A stretch of DNA of 64,000 nt from a virus (IMGVR_UViG_3300032328_000581:1-64000); one strand, 5' to 3'; counted from the stretch's first letter, positions 16,895 to 26,212 are shown. The notes: generated from the sequence alone by a model not told the origin. A program made the numbers and translations.

Positions 16895-17786
16895 GCTCCT
16901 CGTTTGCTAACTTTGCGGTAAACAAAGCACGTTCGGTATACGCTTTTTCTACATCTTTTAAGTGTTCTGGCAATGACTTAGAGTCTCCCTGACCCAACAC
17001 AGATGCAAGTGAAAAAGCTCCTGCTGGATCTGCAGCCCTAATTTTAGCATTATATACAGAGGCTATTTTTTCTGGGCTTGTCCACATATCACCAGATTCT
17101 TTTGTAGGCCTGCGAATTCCTGGATCTGGGTTGCCTGTCCAGGTAGTTCTTCCACGAAGACGAGCAGATTTTTTGCCGCTTTTGGTTGTGCGAGGAGTTA
17201 ATGGGGTCCAAGGACCTTTATCTCTTCCTAAATCGTAATTTTTAGCTTCTTTTTCTAAAGCTATAGCTTTTTCTTCCTCAGTTAATCGCTTTACCTTTGC
17301 AGCAGTACCCACCTGTTGTCTAGGGCGTTGACCAATTTTTTCCTGGCCTTGAGTGCCGGCTTTTTTAGGTTCCATTTCAAATGAATCTCGGGCAAAGTAA
17401 ACGTGCTCCATACGACCGTGTGGGTCTGGATTAATTACTTTTTTAGACAACTCCTTGTTTGGTGCAGCCATACCTTTTCTGCCCTTACTTAATTTTTTAA
17501 ATTGCTCTTCAGCTTCCGCGTCTTGTTGTTCGCGGTATACATAAGCGTTTTCTTTAGTTAACGGTTGAAAATTAGGGTCGGGAAGTCTGCGAGCTACGGC
17601 GTTTAATTTAGCTGTAGCTTCGCAATCTTTACAAACTGGGTGGAACATAATTCGTCCACCGGAGTCGTCTAAAACGTTGACGCCCATTAACTTGCGGGCA
17701 GGAGTATCTTTTCCTTTACAGGCAGAACCTACGCAGTACTCGTAAACCTGAGATGCGCCACCGTCAAAAACACCCTTTTTGGCCAT
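16869..17786 (-). CDS. Basic hypothetical protein with N-terminal Cys motifs
   Basis: 305 aa; CVGSAC and CKDC; K/R-rich. Confidence 0.75.
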   Translation of the reverse strand: MAKKGVFDGGASQVYEYCVGSACKGKDTPARKLMGVNVLDDSGGRIMFHPVCKDCEATAKLNAVARRLPDPNFQPLTKENAYVYREQQDAEAEEQFKKLSKGRKGMAAPNKELSKKVINPDPHGRMEHVYFARDSFEMEPKKAGTQGQEKIGQRPRQQVGTAAKVKRLTEEEKAIALEKEAKNYDLGRDKGPWTPLTPRTTKSGKKSARLRGRTTWTGNPDPGIRRPTKESGDMWTSPEKIASVYNAKIRAADPAGAFSLASVLGQGDSKSLPEHLKDVEKAYTERALFTAKLANEERERRGKKK

Positions 17787-18001
17787 CAGTATCCTTTAGG
17801 TTTGCGTGAAGCTTTCTTTCGAGCAAACGCAGCTAAAGAGACTACGTTTTTATCAATGTGTTCTGAAGATCCTTGTTCAAAATGAGCGTTTCTTGCTTTG
17901 TTTTCTAGGTCAGAAAGATTTTGATCAAAAAACTTATGTCCAGTATTTTTAAGACCACGATGTGCGGGGTGCTTATCGGACGGAGTCCCCATATCATCCA
18001 C
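17786..18001 (-). CDS. Small basic hypothetical protein
   Basis: 71 aa; coupled to the next gene. Confidence 0.6.
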   Translation of the reverse strand: MDDMGTPSDKHPAHRGLKNTGHKFFDQNLSDLENKARNAHFEQGSSEHIDKNVVSLAAFARKKASRKPKGY

Positions 18002-18003
18002 GG

Positions 18004-18285
18004 TTAGTAATTAGCTCCCATTTGCTTTTCAGATACGTTAAACACGTCTGAAGCTGGGCGAGAAGAGCTAGTAGCTGTCATCTTGCCAGGGTTTACCTTT
18101 GCAGGTGTTTCTTGGTCGATGAAGTCATAGTTCATGTATGGGTTTAGACCACGGCGGTTAGCGCGTACAATTTCGTCACCCATGCCTGGATCAATAGTGG
18201 TGTTAGGGCGAACTTTACGGTACTTACCGTCAGTTGCTCCTTCGTTTAAGCTTTCGTTTAATGAACCTGATTCATTAGTTGCCAT
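18004..18285 (-). CDS. Hypothetical protein
   Basis: 93 aa; stop/start coupled. Confidence 0.7.
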   Translation of the reverse strand: MATNESGSLNESLNEGATDGKYRKVRPNTTIDPGMGDEIVRANRRGLNPYMNYDFIDQETPAKVNPGKMTATSSSRPASDVFNVSEKQMGANY

Positions 18286-18569
18286 TATTTATCCTTTTCT
18301 TTTTTTGTTTTAATTACGTGTCCGGCACCTACTTTAAATCCAAATATTTTTCCGGATATAACTCCAGATGTTGGGCGAGGGCCATCACCAAACTTGGTGT
18401 TGTTATACTTAGTGCTGCCAGTTATGCTTCTTTCTGCAAAGTCGGGAGAAAAAGTGTGTTCGCCACGCTCCCAACCGCCTGCAGCATTTCCATAAGCCCT
18501 CATAGTCTCTTGATGATTACGAACAGACTTAGCTACGCGTCTAGCGTCACGTTCTCTACGAATGCTCAT
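18285..18569 (-). CDS. Basic hypothetical protein
   Basis: 94 aa; stop/start coupled. Confidence 0.7.
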   Translation of the reverse strand: MSIRRERDARRVAKSVRNHQETMRAYGNAAGGWERGEHTFSPDFAERSITGSTKYNNTKFGDGPRPTSGVISGKIFGFKVGAGHVIKTKKEKDK

Positions 18570-19096
18570 TACTTAGCCTTCTTGTTCTTCATACGAATAG
18601 GTGTCTTTGAACGACTAGCCTTTTTAGTAATCTTGTTTTCTTTCTTTTTATCTTCAGGCTTTTTAATTTTATTTTCGACTACTTTGTAGTCTTTTTTAAC
18701 TTTAAGGTTTGCTTCCATTTTTTGGTTACGCATTTCACTTCGTTTTTTTAACTCGTCAAGTGCATATTTATCTCTTGGAGATTCAGGCTTAGGCTTTGGC
18801 TGATAATCTTTTGGCATTTTAATAGTACGTTTTTTTTCTTCCTGCATTTGACGCCTTTTTGTGTCTTCATTTCTAGGGTTTTTTGGCAGATGGCTTGGCT
18901 TACCTGATTCACCAGCATTGTTATACTTTTTTTGTGGGTCGCCTTCTCTGTATTTATTAGGTGAAGGGGCTTTTTTATAGCGGTCACTCTTGTACTCATA
19001 CTCATTCTTTTTAGGCAAGCCTTTTTTATCCTTAGGAGGAATACCGTACTTCTTCTTGTCTGGTCCTTCGTCTGGAGATGCAACAGCTGTCTTCAT
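18569..19096 (-). CDS. Lys/Pro-rich, histone-H1-like low-complexity protein
   Basis: Very high K content; RBS GAAAGGA. Confidence 0.7.
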   Translation of the reverse strand: MKTAVASPDEGPDKKKYGIPPKDKKGLPKKNEYEYKSDRYKKAPSPNKYREGDPQKKYNNAGESGKPSHLPKNPRNEDTKRRQMQEEKKRTIKMPKDYQPKPKPESPRDKYALDELKKRSEMRNQKMEANLKVKKDYKVVENKIKKPEDKKKENKITKKASRSKTPIRMKNKKAK

Positions 19097-19139
19097 GGTA
19101 TTCCTTTCAGATAAATCCTAAGTACACAGTGTAGGGGCT

Positions 19140-19316
19140 TTAACGGCCCTTTGACATGGCTTCTTTAAGCCTTTTTTTGTGCATTATATTTCGGCACTCT
19201 GGGCATACCCCTAAAGCGCCGGTAAAGGCCACCGTGACTGGATCCATAAGATCCCCGCACTTGTGGCAGAGCCTAGAGCCCTCGTAAATAGTGGGTAGGT
19301 TGTAGTTTTCGTCCAT
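19140..19316 (-). CDS. Small zinc-ribbon protein (58 aa, MDENYNLPTIYEGSRLCHKCG...CPEC)
   Basis: Read by hand; TAATG coupling; two CxxC motifs. Confidence 0.65.
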   Translation of the reverse strand: MDENYNLPTIYEGSRLCHKCGDLMDPVTVAFTGALGVCPECRNIMHKKRLKEAMSKGR

Positions 19317-19678
19317 TACCAGAACCCTTGGCCTTGAGCATTTCTTAGCGTGCTTTCTGCGCTCGCGGTTCCGTAGGTGTCTGCTCGTAATGGGAAGCCA
19401 TTTGTATCCTCATTGACATGCATTACGTCTTTAATATTTAGTTCTCTAGACCTGTAACCAAAGCGTGGGGGAAATAGCTTGACCTGAGGTAAGTTTGGTC
19501 TAACAATCTCTTGAAGCACAGCTCCCGGAGTTGTAACTGACGCGAGGGCTCTAGAAATTAACGAATCTTGTACAGACTTGTATGGCCCTAAATAATCGTA
19601 GCGTGGCTCAACGTCATTTCTATCACCAACGATTGGCCGACCTTTAGTGTGATCATAGACTCCGTCTGCTGAATTCAC
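19316..19678 (-). CDS. Hypothetical protein
   Basis: 120-aa ORF with GTGA overlap. Confidence 0.7.
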   Translation of the reverse strand: MNSADGVYDHTKGRPIVGDRNDVEPRYDYLGPYKSVQDSLISRALASVTTPGAVLQEIVRPNLPQVKLFPPRFGYRSRELNIKDVMHVNEDTNGFPLRADTYGTASAESTLRNAQGQGFW

Positions 19679-19953
19679 TCTTCACCTCGATGAATTCGAT
19701 CAAGTTTAGCTAATCTTGAATCTCCAGGCTTTGCCCCCATTTTTTCTAAGTGGGCGCGAATCTCATTTGTATCAAAAAAGTGATTGTTACGACTTCCTTG
19801 TAAACCCCTGGGGCGTGTTTGATGTGGAATTTTATCCATGTTACGTTTTACAGTGCTTAGTCCAACTTCATAGATAGCAGCTACTTGTTTAGGGTTGGTA
19901 ATAACTCTGCCCGGTTCTTTAGGGGCAGCAGCTTTTTTAGTTGGACGTCCCAT
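19675..19953 (-). CDS. Putative HTH DNA-binding protein
   Basis: PKQVAAIYEVGLSTVKR, an excisionase/MerR-like HTH pattern. Confidence 0.5.
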   Translation of the reverse strand: MGRPTKKAAAPKEPGRVITNPKQVAAIYEVGLSTVKRNMDKIPHQTRPRGLQGSRNNHFFDTNEIRAHLEKMGAKPGDSRLAKLDRIHRGEE

Positions 19954-19954
19954 G

Positions 19955-20500
19955 TTAGTTCCACTTCGGCTTTAGGTGCGAGAATTGACGGGCAATAGTT
20001 GGGTTAAACTCTCCAGGAACTGTTGCAGAAATGTTGGCTTTGCCATCATTTACTAAGTGAGGAGCTGGAGCTAAGTTAGACTTAGGGGCATGGCGATTAA
20101 CCAACATGTTAATGCCGCCATTTATGTTAGTAGCTGTATATTTTTCTTGCTTTAATCTGCTGCTTGGCAGGAAATCTTGTGGCCAGAAATATTGATTAGA
20201 CTCAATTCGCTCACCTTTGTGAACTCCGCGCTGATAACCGCGTTGATTTTGACGTGCCTTTAAAGAATCTAATACTGTATCTGAAGTAGAAGAGGCTCTT
20301 CCTCGATCATCGCGACGAGAACGTATGGTTCCTAGGTATCCGTCTGGATACTCTGCCTCGGGGGTTCTACCAATTCCAAGACGCAGGTAGTCCATATCAC
20401 TGCGAGGAATAACTGGGGTACCGCCACCGCCGGTTGTAGTGTAAGCACCTACATAACCGTTAGATCCTAGGTATTGCCAGTTTTGATGGGATTGAGGCAT
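19955..20500 (-). CDS. Hypothetical protein
   Basis: 181-aa ORF; probably leaderless. Confidence 0.75.
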   Translation of the reverse strand: MPQSHQNWQYLGSNGYVGAYTTTGGGGTPVIPRSDMDYLRLGIGRTPEAEYPDGYLGTIRSRRDDRGRASSTSDTVLDSLKARQNQRGYQRGVHKGERIESNQYFWPQDFLPSSRLKQEKYTATNINGGINMLVNRHAPKSNLAPAPHLVNDGKANISATVPGEFNPTIARQFSHLKPKWN

Positions 20501-20506
20501 ATCGGC

Positions 20507-20512
20507 AGTATA
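20507..20512 (-). promoter_or_regulatory. Putative -10 box (TATACT) of a leaderless transcript
   Basis: TATACT lies 6 nt before ATG 20500; no SD; directly after a terminator. Confidence 0.45.
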
Positions 20513-20547
20513 AATGAAAATGGGGACAGAAACAGGTCTGTCCCCAT
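20512..20547 (-). terminator. Rho-independent terminator
   Basis: ATGGGGACAG/CTGTCCCCAT stem with a T-rich tail on the - strand. Confidence 0.75.
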
Positions 20548-20562
20548 AATCTTTTTAATTTT

Positions 20563-20814
20563 TTACTTCTTTTTACCCTTTTTCTGGGTGTCAGAAAGAA
20601 ACTTCATAACTGATGGCAAAGCCGCATTAACAATACCGAATGCTGGATCTTTTGGATTCAAAGCACGGATAGCTACTGGCAGGATTGCTGCTAGGCCGGC
20701 TGCAAGCAGGGCCTTTGGATCGGTGTTACCGGTAGTCCATAGTGCAACAGCTGCTGCAAGGAATGAACGTCCGTATGAGGACAACATTGCTAGGATCTTT
20801 GGATCTAACTTCAT
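20563..20814 (-). CDS. Holin (actinophage type)
   Basis: SYGRSFLAAAVAL...AGLAAILPVAIRALNPKD; two TM segments and a basic C-terminus. Confidence 0.7.
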   Translation of the reverse strand: MKLDPKILAMLSSYGRSFLAAAVALWTTGNTDPKALLAAGLAAILPVAIRALNPKDPAFGIVNAALPSVMKFLSDTQKKGKKK

Positions 20815-20824
20815 TTATTACTCC

Positions 20825-21025
20825 TTATTTTTTCTTGTCTATTAGAGCTACAAAAAGCTCGTCAATACGCTTTTCAAGTCGATCGACAGAATCGCGTAAA
20901 CTTGTTCCAGAATTTGGTTTAAGTTCGCTTAAGTAGTGTTTAACCATGTAACGAACCATGATTCCAATTGAACCAATTAGCGAAACTATGGTTAGGCAAA
21001 AAGCTGCCCAATCCTGTGCGGACAT
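20825..21025 (-). CDS. Membrane protein (1 TM plus coiled coil), lysis-associated type
   Basis: N-terminal TM followed by ELKPNSGTSLRDSVDRLE. Confidence 0.65.
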   Translation of the reverse strand: MSAQDWAAFCLTIVSLIGSIGIMVRYMVKHYLSELKPNSGTSLRDSVDRLEKRIDELFVALIDKKK

Positions 21026-21121
21026 ACATTATCTCCTAAAGAACAAGTTGTAGGGGTAACTATGATACACGTGATACGCATTGTCATGGTAAAGTACAAA
21101 TATAGTTAAGAAGGAGAAAAA

Positions 21122-23326
21122 ATAAACCTACTGCGCCCATTCGCAGCACTAATCCTTACACTATTCCTCTTTATATTGGGACAATATTCAGCTAATGCTA
21201 CCGAACCTGTAGATACAGTAGTAGTTACTCCTGCCTCCACAGATTCTTCTCCGCCCATTGTCGATCAGACTCCCGGTTCAGCTCCGACTCTTGTTCTTTT
21301 GACACCTCAGGTTGAGACTCCAACTGTATCCTCCGTCCAAGAAAAAATTGAGACGGCAACTATAACATTAAGTAATGCGATTTCCAACGCTAGCCCTGCG
21401 CAGCAAACAGCCGCAGAAGCACCTGTAGCTGAGGCGACCTCGGCAATCCAGGCCGCCGAATCAGCTACAGCTGTAGCGGTAGTGGCGGTACAAGCAGTTG
21501 ACTCTCAGACAGCTGTAGTGGCGGCTGCAACAACGGCAGTAGATTCTGCAACAGCAGTAGTGGCTACAGCAACTACAAACTTAAGTAATGCTCAAGCTGA
21601 TTTCTCTACCGCTCAAACAGTAGCAACAACAGCCCAGGCTGCTGCCGATGCCTCAGGCGTTATTACAACCGCACCTGGTCTTCTTGTAAAAGTTTATAAC
21701 GTTCAAGGCCAAAACAATGCTCCAGTAATACCACAAGGAGCAACGCCTATACACACCGCAGTTGATACTAACGGTATTAATGAAAACTGGGGAAGCGGTA
21801 ACGTAGCCGGCTCTAATCGTTCAGAGGACGTAATTGTTACCTATGAAGGGCAAGTTACCGCACCAGAAAATGTAAACACTATAAGATTTATAGTGTTATC
21901 GGATGATGGTGCTAGAATCTACATAGACAATCAGTTAGTAGTTGATAACTGGAGAGACCAAGGACCTACGTGGAGCCTTGCTAGTAACTGGCTTGATTTT
22001 ACTACAGACCGCATCAAAGATATTACAGTGTGGTATTACGAAAATGGTGGCGGTGCAACCCTTCATCTAGGTTGGCAACATAGCGGTATTCATACTGGTG
22101 TAGGTAATCAGTACTTATCACATACAACAACTACTCAAGATCCAACATTAGTTGCTGCCGCTAGTACAGCAGTTGCTGCTGTACCGGTAGCAGAAGCAGT
22201 TGTTACAGATAAGACGCAAGTGAAAGAAGCAGCAGAGACAGCGCTTGCATCAGCTCAGACCACACTAACAACAGAAACTGGGACATTGACAACCCTCCAA
22301 TCAACAGCTAATACAGCGGTTATTGCAGCAAATCAATTAGCAGATACTGCAACTGCTAGCGTAGCAGTAGCGGTCGCTGCTTTGCAAGTTCCAACACCTA
22401 TAGTTCAACCAGTGGTCCCAGATCCCACCCCGGCTCCAGAACCTCAACCCGTTCCTCAACCTGAACCAACTCCGACTCCTGAGCCTGAACCAACGCCACA
22501 GCCAACCCCAGAACCCGAACCTGTTCCTGAGCCAACTCCAGAACCCGTTCCTGAGACTCCTGTAGAACCCGAACCAACTCCTGAAGTTTCACCTACTGAC
22601 CCCGATACAGAAACGCCATTAGAACCCATAGAAGAGCCACCACTACCGGTAGAGCCCGAAGCGCCACCCGTAGAGCCAGAGGCGCCTGTTGAGGAAGTCG
22701 AACCACCCGTGGAAGAAGAACCACAACCAGAGTCACCAGAAATAGAGCCAGAAAATCCGTTAGAAGAATCATTCCCAGAGCCTACCACACCTGAAGAGGA
22801 AGTAGATGCCGCGGTAGAGGATGCCCTAGAAGACGGAGTTGTTACTGAAGCTGAAAAAGAAATAATTGTAGACGCCCTCTTAGAATCCGTAGAGCCTGGG
22901 GAAGCGCTTACTGCTGAAGCTATTGCTGAAGCGGGCATTGAGTATAAGGACCTTCCACCGGAGACCCCTGTTGAGGTTAGAACAGATGAAAATGGAAATG
23001 AAGTTATAATTACGGCAGACGTTGCTGCGGCCCTTGTGCTATTAGAGAACCCCGCGGAATTAATCGGTGCAATATTCAGTGATCCAGGAGAAGCCCTCCA
23101 AGCGCTAGGAAGTATCGGCGCTGATATGTCGGATGAAGAACGTGAAGAAGCACAAGAAATGGTAGTTGCTGCTGTTATTGCAGCTGGTGCTGCCATGAAT
23201 GCAGTAGGAGCTGCTGCAGGAGCTGCCGGTACAAGTACTGGTGGTTCAAGTGGCGGAGGGGGCGGAAGTTCTGGTGGCGGAGGTCCATCAGGAGACAGTA
23301 AAGGCGTTAGGAGACGTAAACCTTGA
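21122..23326 (+). CDS. Exported/membrane-anchored PA14-domain protein with an Ala/Thr-rich stalk and Pro-Glu repeats
   Basis: PA14 motifs SDDGARIYID and WYYENGGGA; signal peptide ending in ANA upstream of the TTG at 21176; C-terminal hydrophobic helix, Gly-rich linker and RRRKP; start codon uncertain. Confidence 0.8.
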   Translation: MNLLRPFAALILTLFLFILGQYSANATEPVDTVVVTPASTDSSPPIVDQTPGSAPTLVLLTPQVETPTVSSVQEKIETATITLSNAISNASPAQQTAAEAPVAEATSAIQAAESATAVAVVAVQAVDSQTAVVAAATTAVDSATAVVATATTNLSNAQADFSTAQTVATTAQAAADASGVITTAPGLLVKVYNVQGQNNAPVIPQGATPIHTAVDTNGINENWGSGNVAGSNRSEDVIVTYEGQVTAPENVNTIRFIVLSDDGARIYIDNQLVVDNWRDQGPTWSLASNWLDFTTDRIKDITVWYYENGGGATLHLGWQHSGIHTGVGNQYLSHTTTTQDPTLVAAASTAVAAVPVAEAVVTDKTQVKEAAETALASAQTTLTTETGTLTTLQSTANTAVIAANQLADTATASVAVAVAALQVPTPIVQPVVPDPTPAPEPQPVPQPEPTPTPEPEPTPQPTPEPEPVPEPTPEPVPETPVEPEPTPEVSPTDPDTETPLEPIEEPPLPVEPEAPPVEPEAPVEEVEPPVEEEPQPESPEIEPENPLEESFPEPTTPEEEVDAAVEDALEDGVVTEAEKEIIVDALLESVEPGEALTAEAIAEAGIEYKDLPPETPVEVRTDENGNEVIITADVAAALVLLENPAELIGAIFSDPGEALQALGSIGADMSDEEREEAQEMVVAAVIAAGAAMNAVGAAAGAAGTSTGGSSGGGGGSSGGGGPSGDSKGVRRRKP
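22415..22790 (+). repeat. Coding Pro-Glu/Pro-Thr tandem repeats
   Basis: PEPTPTPEPEPTPQPTPEPEP...; degenerate codons. Confidence 0.8.
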
Positions 23327-23493
23327 AAATAATCAGAGACATGGTTGATCAGCTATGGACACTTTTAGGTATGTTTATTGCCTGGGTTGTTCTAGATGGA
23401 TCTGCAAAGACCGTAGTTGGATACGCAATTATCGGTACTTTATTTGCCTGGGCTGTTACGTACCCCTTAAGAAACCCAAAGGATGAAGAATGA
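23323..23493 (+). CDS. Small two-TM membrane protein (56 aa)
   Basis: Read by hand (MKIIRDMVDQLWTLLGMFIAWVVLDG...); TTGA overlap; RBS AGGAG. Confidence 0.65.
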   Translation: MKIIRDMVDQLWTLLGMFIAWVVLDGSAKTVVGYAIIGTLFAWAVTYPLRNPKDEE

Positions 23494-23699
23494 AAACATT
23501 TAAAATACTGCTGTTAACCTCAGTATTAGCCCTGTCTTTAACTAGCTGTGGATATAGCGGATTCTATAGATACCCCTGCCAAGACCCAAAAAACTGGGAA
23601 ATAGCCGAATGTAAGCCTCCTATATGTACTGCAGCTCAAATTTGTCCAGTAGACTTGGTCAAAACAGCCCCCCTAGAAACAGGAACACCAAATGAGTAG
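23490..23699 (+). CDS. Small Cys-rich lipoprotein
   Basis: Signal peptide with lipobox LTSC; four further Cys residues. Confidence 0.75.
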   Translation: MKTFKILLLTSVLALSLTSCGYSGFYRYPCQDPKNWEIAECKPPICTAAQICPVDLVKTAPLETGTPNE

Positions 23700-24102
23700 A
23701 GAACGACTAACACCAGCCGATTTAGATTCTAGATTAAAGTTTATGCTAGGAACCATCCTAGGTCTTATCCTATTTTTTACCTCTATAGGTATTTTGTACG
23801 GACTTTTATTCGTAACTCAACCTATTGGAGCTCAGTCAGAGAATGACAAAATGTTTTTTAATGTGCTCGGTAGCATAGCTACTTTTATTACAGGAACTCT
23901 TGCCGGCATTTTAATTGGCAATTCTGGAGCTAAAGACATTATGGCCGCTCAGATTCAAAATAAAGAAGTAGATGCCAAGAATACACAGGCAGACAAGAAA
24001 CTTGAAGCAGAGATTGACGCTACAGCCGCACGTTTAGCTGCAAAGCCTAATGGTCAAATGCCAGAAGAACAACCAGTTGATACAGATTGGGACAAAGACT
24101 AA
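23692..24102 (+). CDS. Two-TM membrane protein (holin-like)
   Basis: Two hydrophobic helices and a coiled-coil tail; directly upstream of the endolysin. Confidence 0.65.
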   Translation: MSRERLTPADLDSRLKFMLGTILGLILFFTSIGILYGLLFVTQPIGAQSENDKMFFNVLGSIATFITGTLAGILIGNSGAKDIMAAQIQNKEVDAKNTQADKKLEAEIDATAARLAAKPNGQMPEEQPVDTDWDKD

Positions 24103-24662
24103 TGGCAGATCAAGGAACAGCAGCCCGTCTTATTGAGGTCGCTAAAGCTGAAATTGGAGTAATTGAAGGCCCTAAAGATAACGAAACCAAGTACGGCGCT
24201 TACACAAAGGCTAACTTTCAGCCGTGGTGTGGTTCTTTCGTAAACTGGTGCGCTAACGAGGCTGGTGTAAAGGTTCCTAATACCGTTTACACACCAGGTG
24301 GTGCAGCCGCATTTAAGAAGGCTGGCGCTTGGATTGATGGGGACATCGCAGATCCTGAACCAGGTGATATTGCCTATTTTGATTTCCCATCAGATGGTGT
24401 CGATAGAATTTCTCACGTAGGAATTGTTATTAAAGACAACGAAGACGGAACAGTCTGGTGTATAGAGGGCAACACATCTTCAAAGAAATCTGGAAGTCAA
24501 CGAAACGGCGGAGAAGTTTGCAAGCAACTTCGTGCGTTCAAAAAGAACAAAGCTGGCGTTATGATTTCTATTGTTGGTTTTGGTCGCCCTAAGTTTGGGA
24601 AAACCGCAGCTTCTAAGCCTGCAACCGCAAAAGCAGATAAGTGCCCTACCTGCGGTAAGTAA
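24102..24662 (+). CDS. CHAP-domain endolysin (amidase/peptidase)
   Basis: QPWCGSFVNWC, PGDIAYF, SHVGIV and IEGNT. Confidence 0.88.
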   Translation: MADQGTAARLIEVAKAEIGVIEGPKDNETKYGAYTKANFQPWCGSFVNWCANEAGVKVPNTVYTPGGAAAFKKAGAWIDGDIADPEPGDIAYFDFPSDGVDRISHVGIVIKDNEDGTVWCIEGNTSSKKSGSQRNGGEVCKQLRAFKKNKAGVMISIVGFGRPKFGKTAASKPATAKADKCPTCGK

Positions 24663-24754
24663 TGTATTACTTGACCCACTTCACGTTTCAAGGAACGGTT
24701 TTAGTAACGTTAATCGTTATTACTGTCCTTGGAATGTGGTGGGCTGAGCGTTAA
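24662..24754 (+). CDS. 30-aa single-TM peptide
   Basis: Read by hand (MYYLTHFTFQGTVLVTLIVITVLGMWWAER); TAATG coupling to the endolysin. Confidence 0.5.
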   Translation: MYYLTHFTFQGTVLVTLIVITVLGMWWAER

Positions 24755-25932
24755 CGGTCGTTTTTACCGCCGAGTACAACTAACTCTCTTCGAGGATCTA
24801 ATCCTTCTCCAACTACTAAAGAAATAATTCCTGGAGCGCTTTCAAGCCCGGACTTATCCCTAAACCACGCAGACCCATTATCCATTGCAGGATTTTGTAT
24901 GAACAGTCTTGGCCCAACGTTCTGTGAACGATAATGGTGATAGTGACCAACGTTAAGTATGTCTGCCTGCGCTACTGAGCAACGCCCCATAGCTTGTCCA
25001 GCCCACCATTTAACCATGTCTCTAGCTTGATGTCCGTGAGCCATGCCGTACATAACCCCACTTAAATTAACAGTTAGTGTGCTGTCATCTGCAGCAGGGT
25101 ATCGGAACTCTACGCGATCCCGTAAGAAATCATTCTCTTTACAAATGTCTTCTACTTGAGAAACAACCTCAATTTGCCAAGAATCTTCTGGGCGTCCAAC
25201 TAAGAAACGTTGAACTTCATCGTGGTTACCGGGAACTACTGGGACAATAATTTTATTTGCTAATGGTGCAAAAGCTTTAACTTGTGCAAGAAGCATTCGT
25301 CTACCTACACGAACCTGCTCTGACACTCCAATGTCGTGGCGCCCCATGACTTTGCCCTTTTGGCTTGTCATGCCCTCAATGCAATCGCCTAGTTGTGGCA
25401 ACGCAATTTGACCAATCTTGTATTTCTTTGACAGATACTTTTGATGTTCAACAGCTTCATCTAAAGACATAAGAACTCGATTAATAATTGCCGGTGTATC
25501 GTCTTTACCGTATTGAGTATCTCCAATACTGTACACTGCAGTTAAATCTCCGCTAGCGTCAGTTACTTTTCCTGGCTTCCATTTATTTATATTATCTAAC
25601 AACTCAACAAGATCATAATCTTTTTCTGTAGATCCGTTTACCGGAACAACATTGATTCTAAATGATTCTAACCATTCACCGTCATACTTTTGCCAACGAG
25701 ATCTGCGGTGAGAAATAACGGCCCACTCTGCAGGATCTAAATTAGCTTCTCTTAAAATTTCTTCTGCTCCGGGAGTGTTTCCATCTGGTCGTGGAGTAGA
25801 AACAACAAAGCCACCATCAGTTCCTATTTCAGAACGTGGACGCCAAGTTTCAGGAATATGTTTATTTAATTTATCTGAGCCTTCTTGGCCCGCCTTAATT
25901 ATGGCGTCGCTATACTCGTCGCTTAAGGACAT
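24751..25932 (-). CDS. Calcineurin-like metallophosphoesterase (Mre11/SbcD-like)
   Basis: GDTQ, GDCIEG, GNHD, HGH and GHYHH. Confidence 0.85.
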   Translation of the reverse strand: MSLSDEYSDAIIKAGQEGSDKLNKHIPETWRPRSEIGTDGGFVVSTPRPDGNTPGAEEILREANLDPAEWAVISHRRSRWQKYDGEWLESFRINVVPVNGSTEKDYDLVELLDNINKWKPGKVTDASGDLTAVYSIGDTQYGKDDTPAIINRVLMSLDEAVEHQKYLSKKYKIGQIALPQLGDCIEGMTSQKGKVMGRHDIGVSEQVRVGRRMLLAQVKAFAPLANKIIVPVVPGNHDEVQRFLVGRPEDSWQIEVVSQVEDICKENDFLRDRVEFRYPAADDSTLTVNLSGVMYGMAHGHQARDMVKWWAGQAMGRCSVAQADILNVGHYHHYRSQNVGPRLFIQNPAMDNGSAWFRDKSGLESAPGIISLVVGEGLDPRRELVVLGGKNDR

Positions 25933-26168
25933 CCGCAATCTCCGTTTCGGTGTGTAAGCAATGAGGTTAGTCCAAATTGCGCTCCAGCTTTGCTGTACAA
26001 CTTATAAAGACTTCTAGTTGAGAAGTCTACATCATTAATTGATTTTTCAAATGCTTCGTGATCATTGTGTGGCAAAGAAGCGGCCCACTGTCCGACTACG
26101 CAATATAAAGCGTTTTTTCTTTCATCTTTTGCAACTGCATAAAGATCTTCTAACATTGTCTGCCCCAT
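25923..26168 (-). CDS. Hypothetical protein
   Basis: 81 aa; C...HRNGDCGC metal-binding motif; overlaps the phosphoesterase start. Confidence 0.7.
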   Translation of the reverse strand: MGQTMLEDLYAVAKDERKNALYCVVGQWAASLPHNDHEAFEKSINDVDFSTRSLYKLYSKAGAQFGLTSLLTHRNGDCGCP

Positions 26169-26178
26169 TCTTTAGTAA

Positions 26179-26212
26179 CTCTCTACTAAGCCCGTTAAGA
26201 CCTAGTAGAGAG
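26179..26212. terminator. Intergenic hairpin
   Basis: CTCTCTACTA/TAGTAGAGAG 10-bp stem. Confidence 0.5.

Noticed and set aside
22456-23196. 246-aa antisense ORF and other long antisense ORFs (e.g. 12681-13295, 54910-55338, 18279-18689)
   Set aside because: Shadows of repeat-rich or codon-biased genes on the opposite strand; no recognisable motifs
23490-24102. Spanin pair
   Set aside because: Topology and order do not match i-/o-spanins, and the inferred host type probably has no outer membrane
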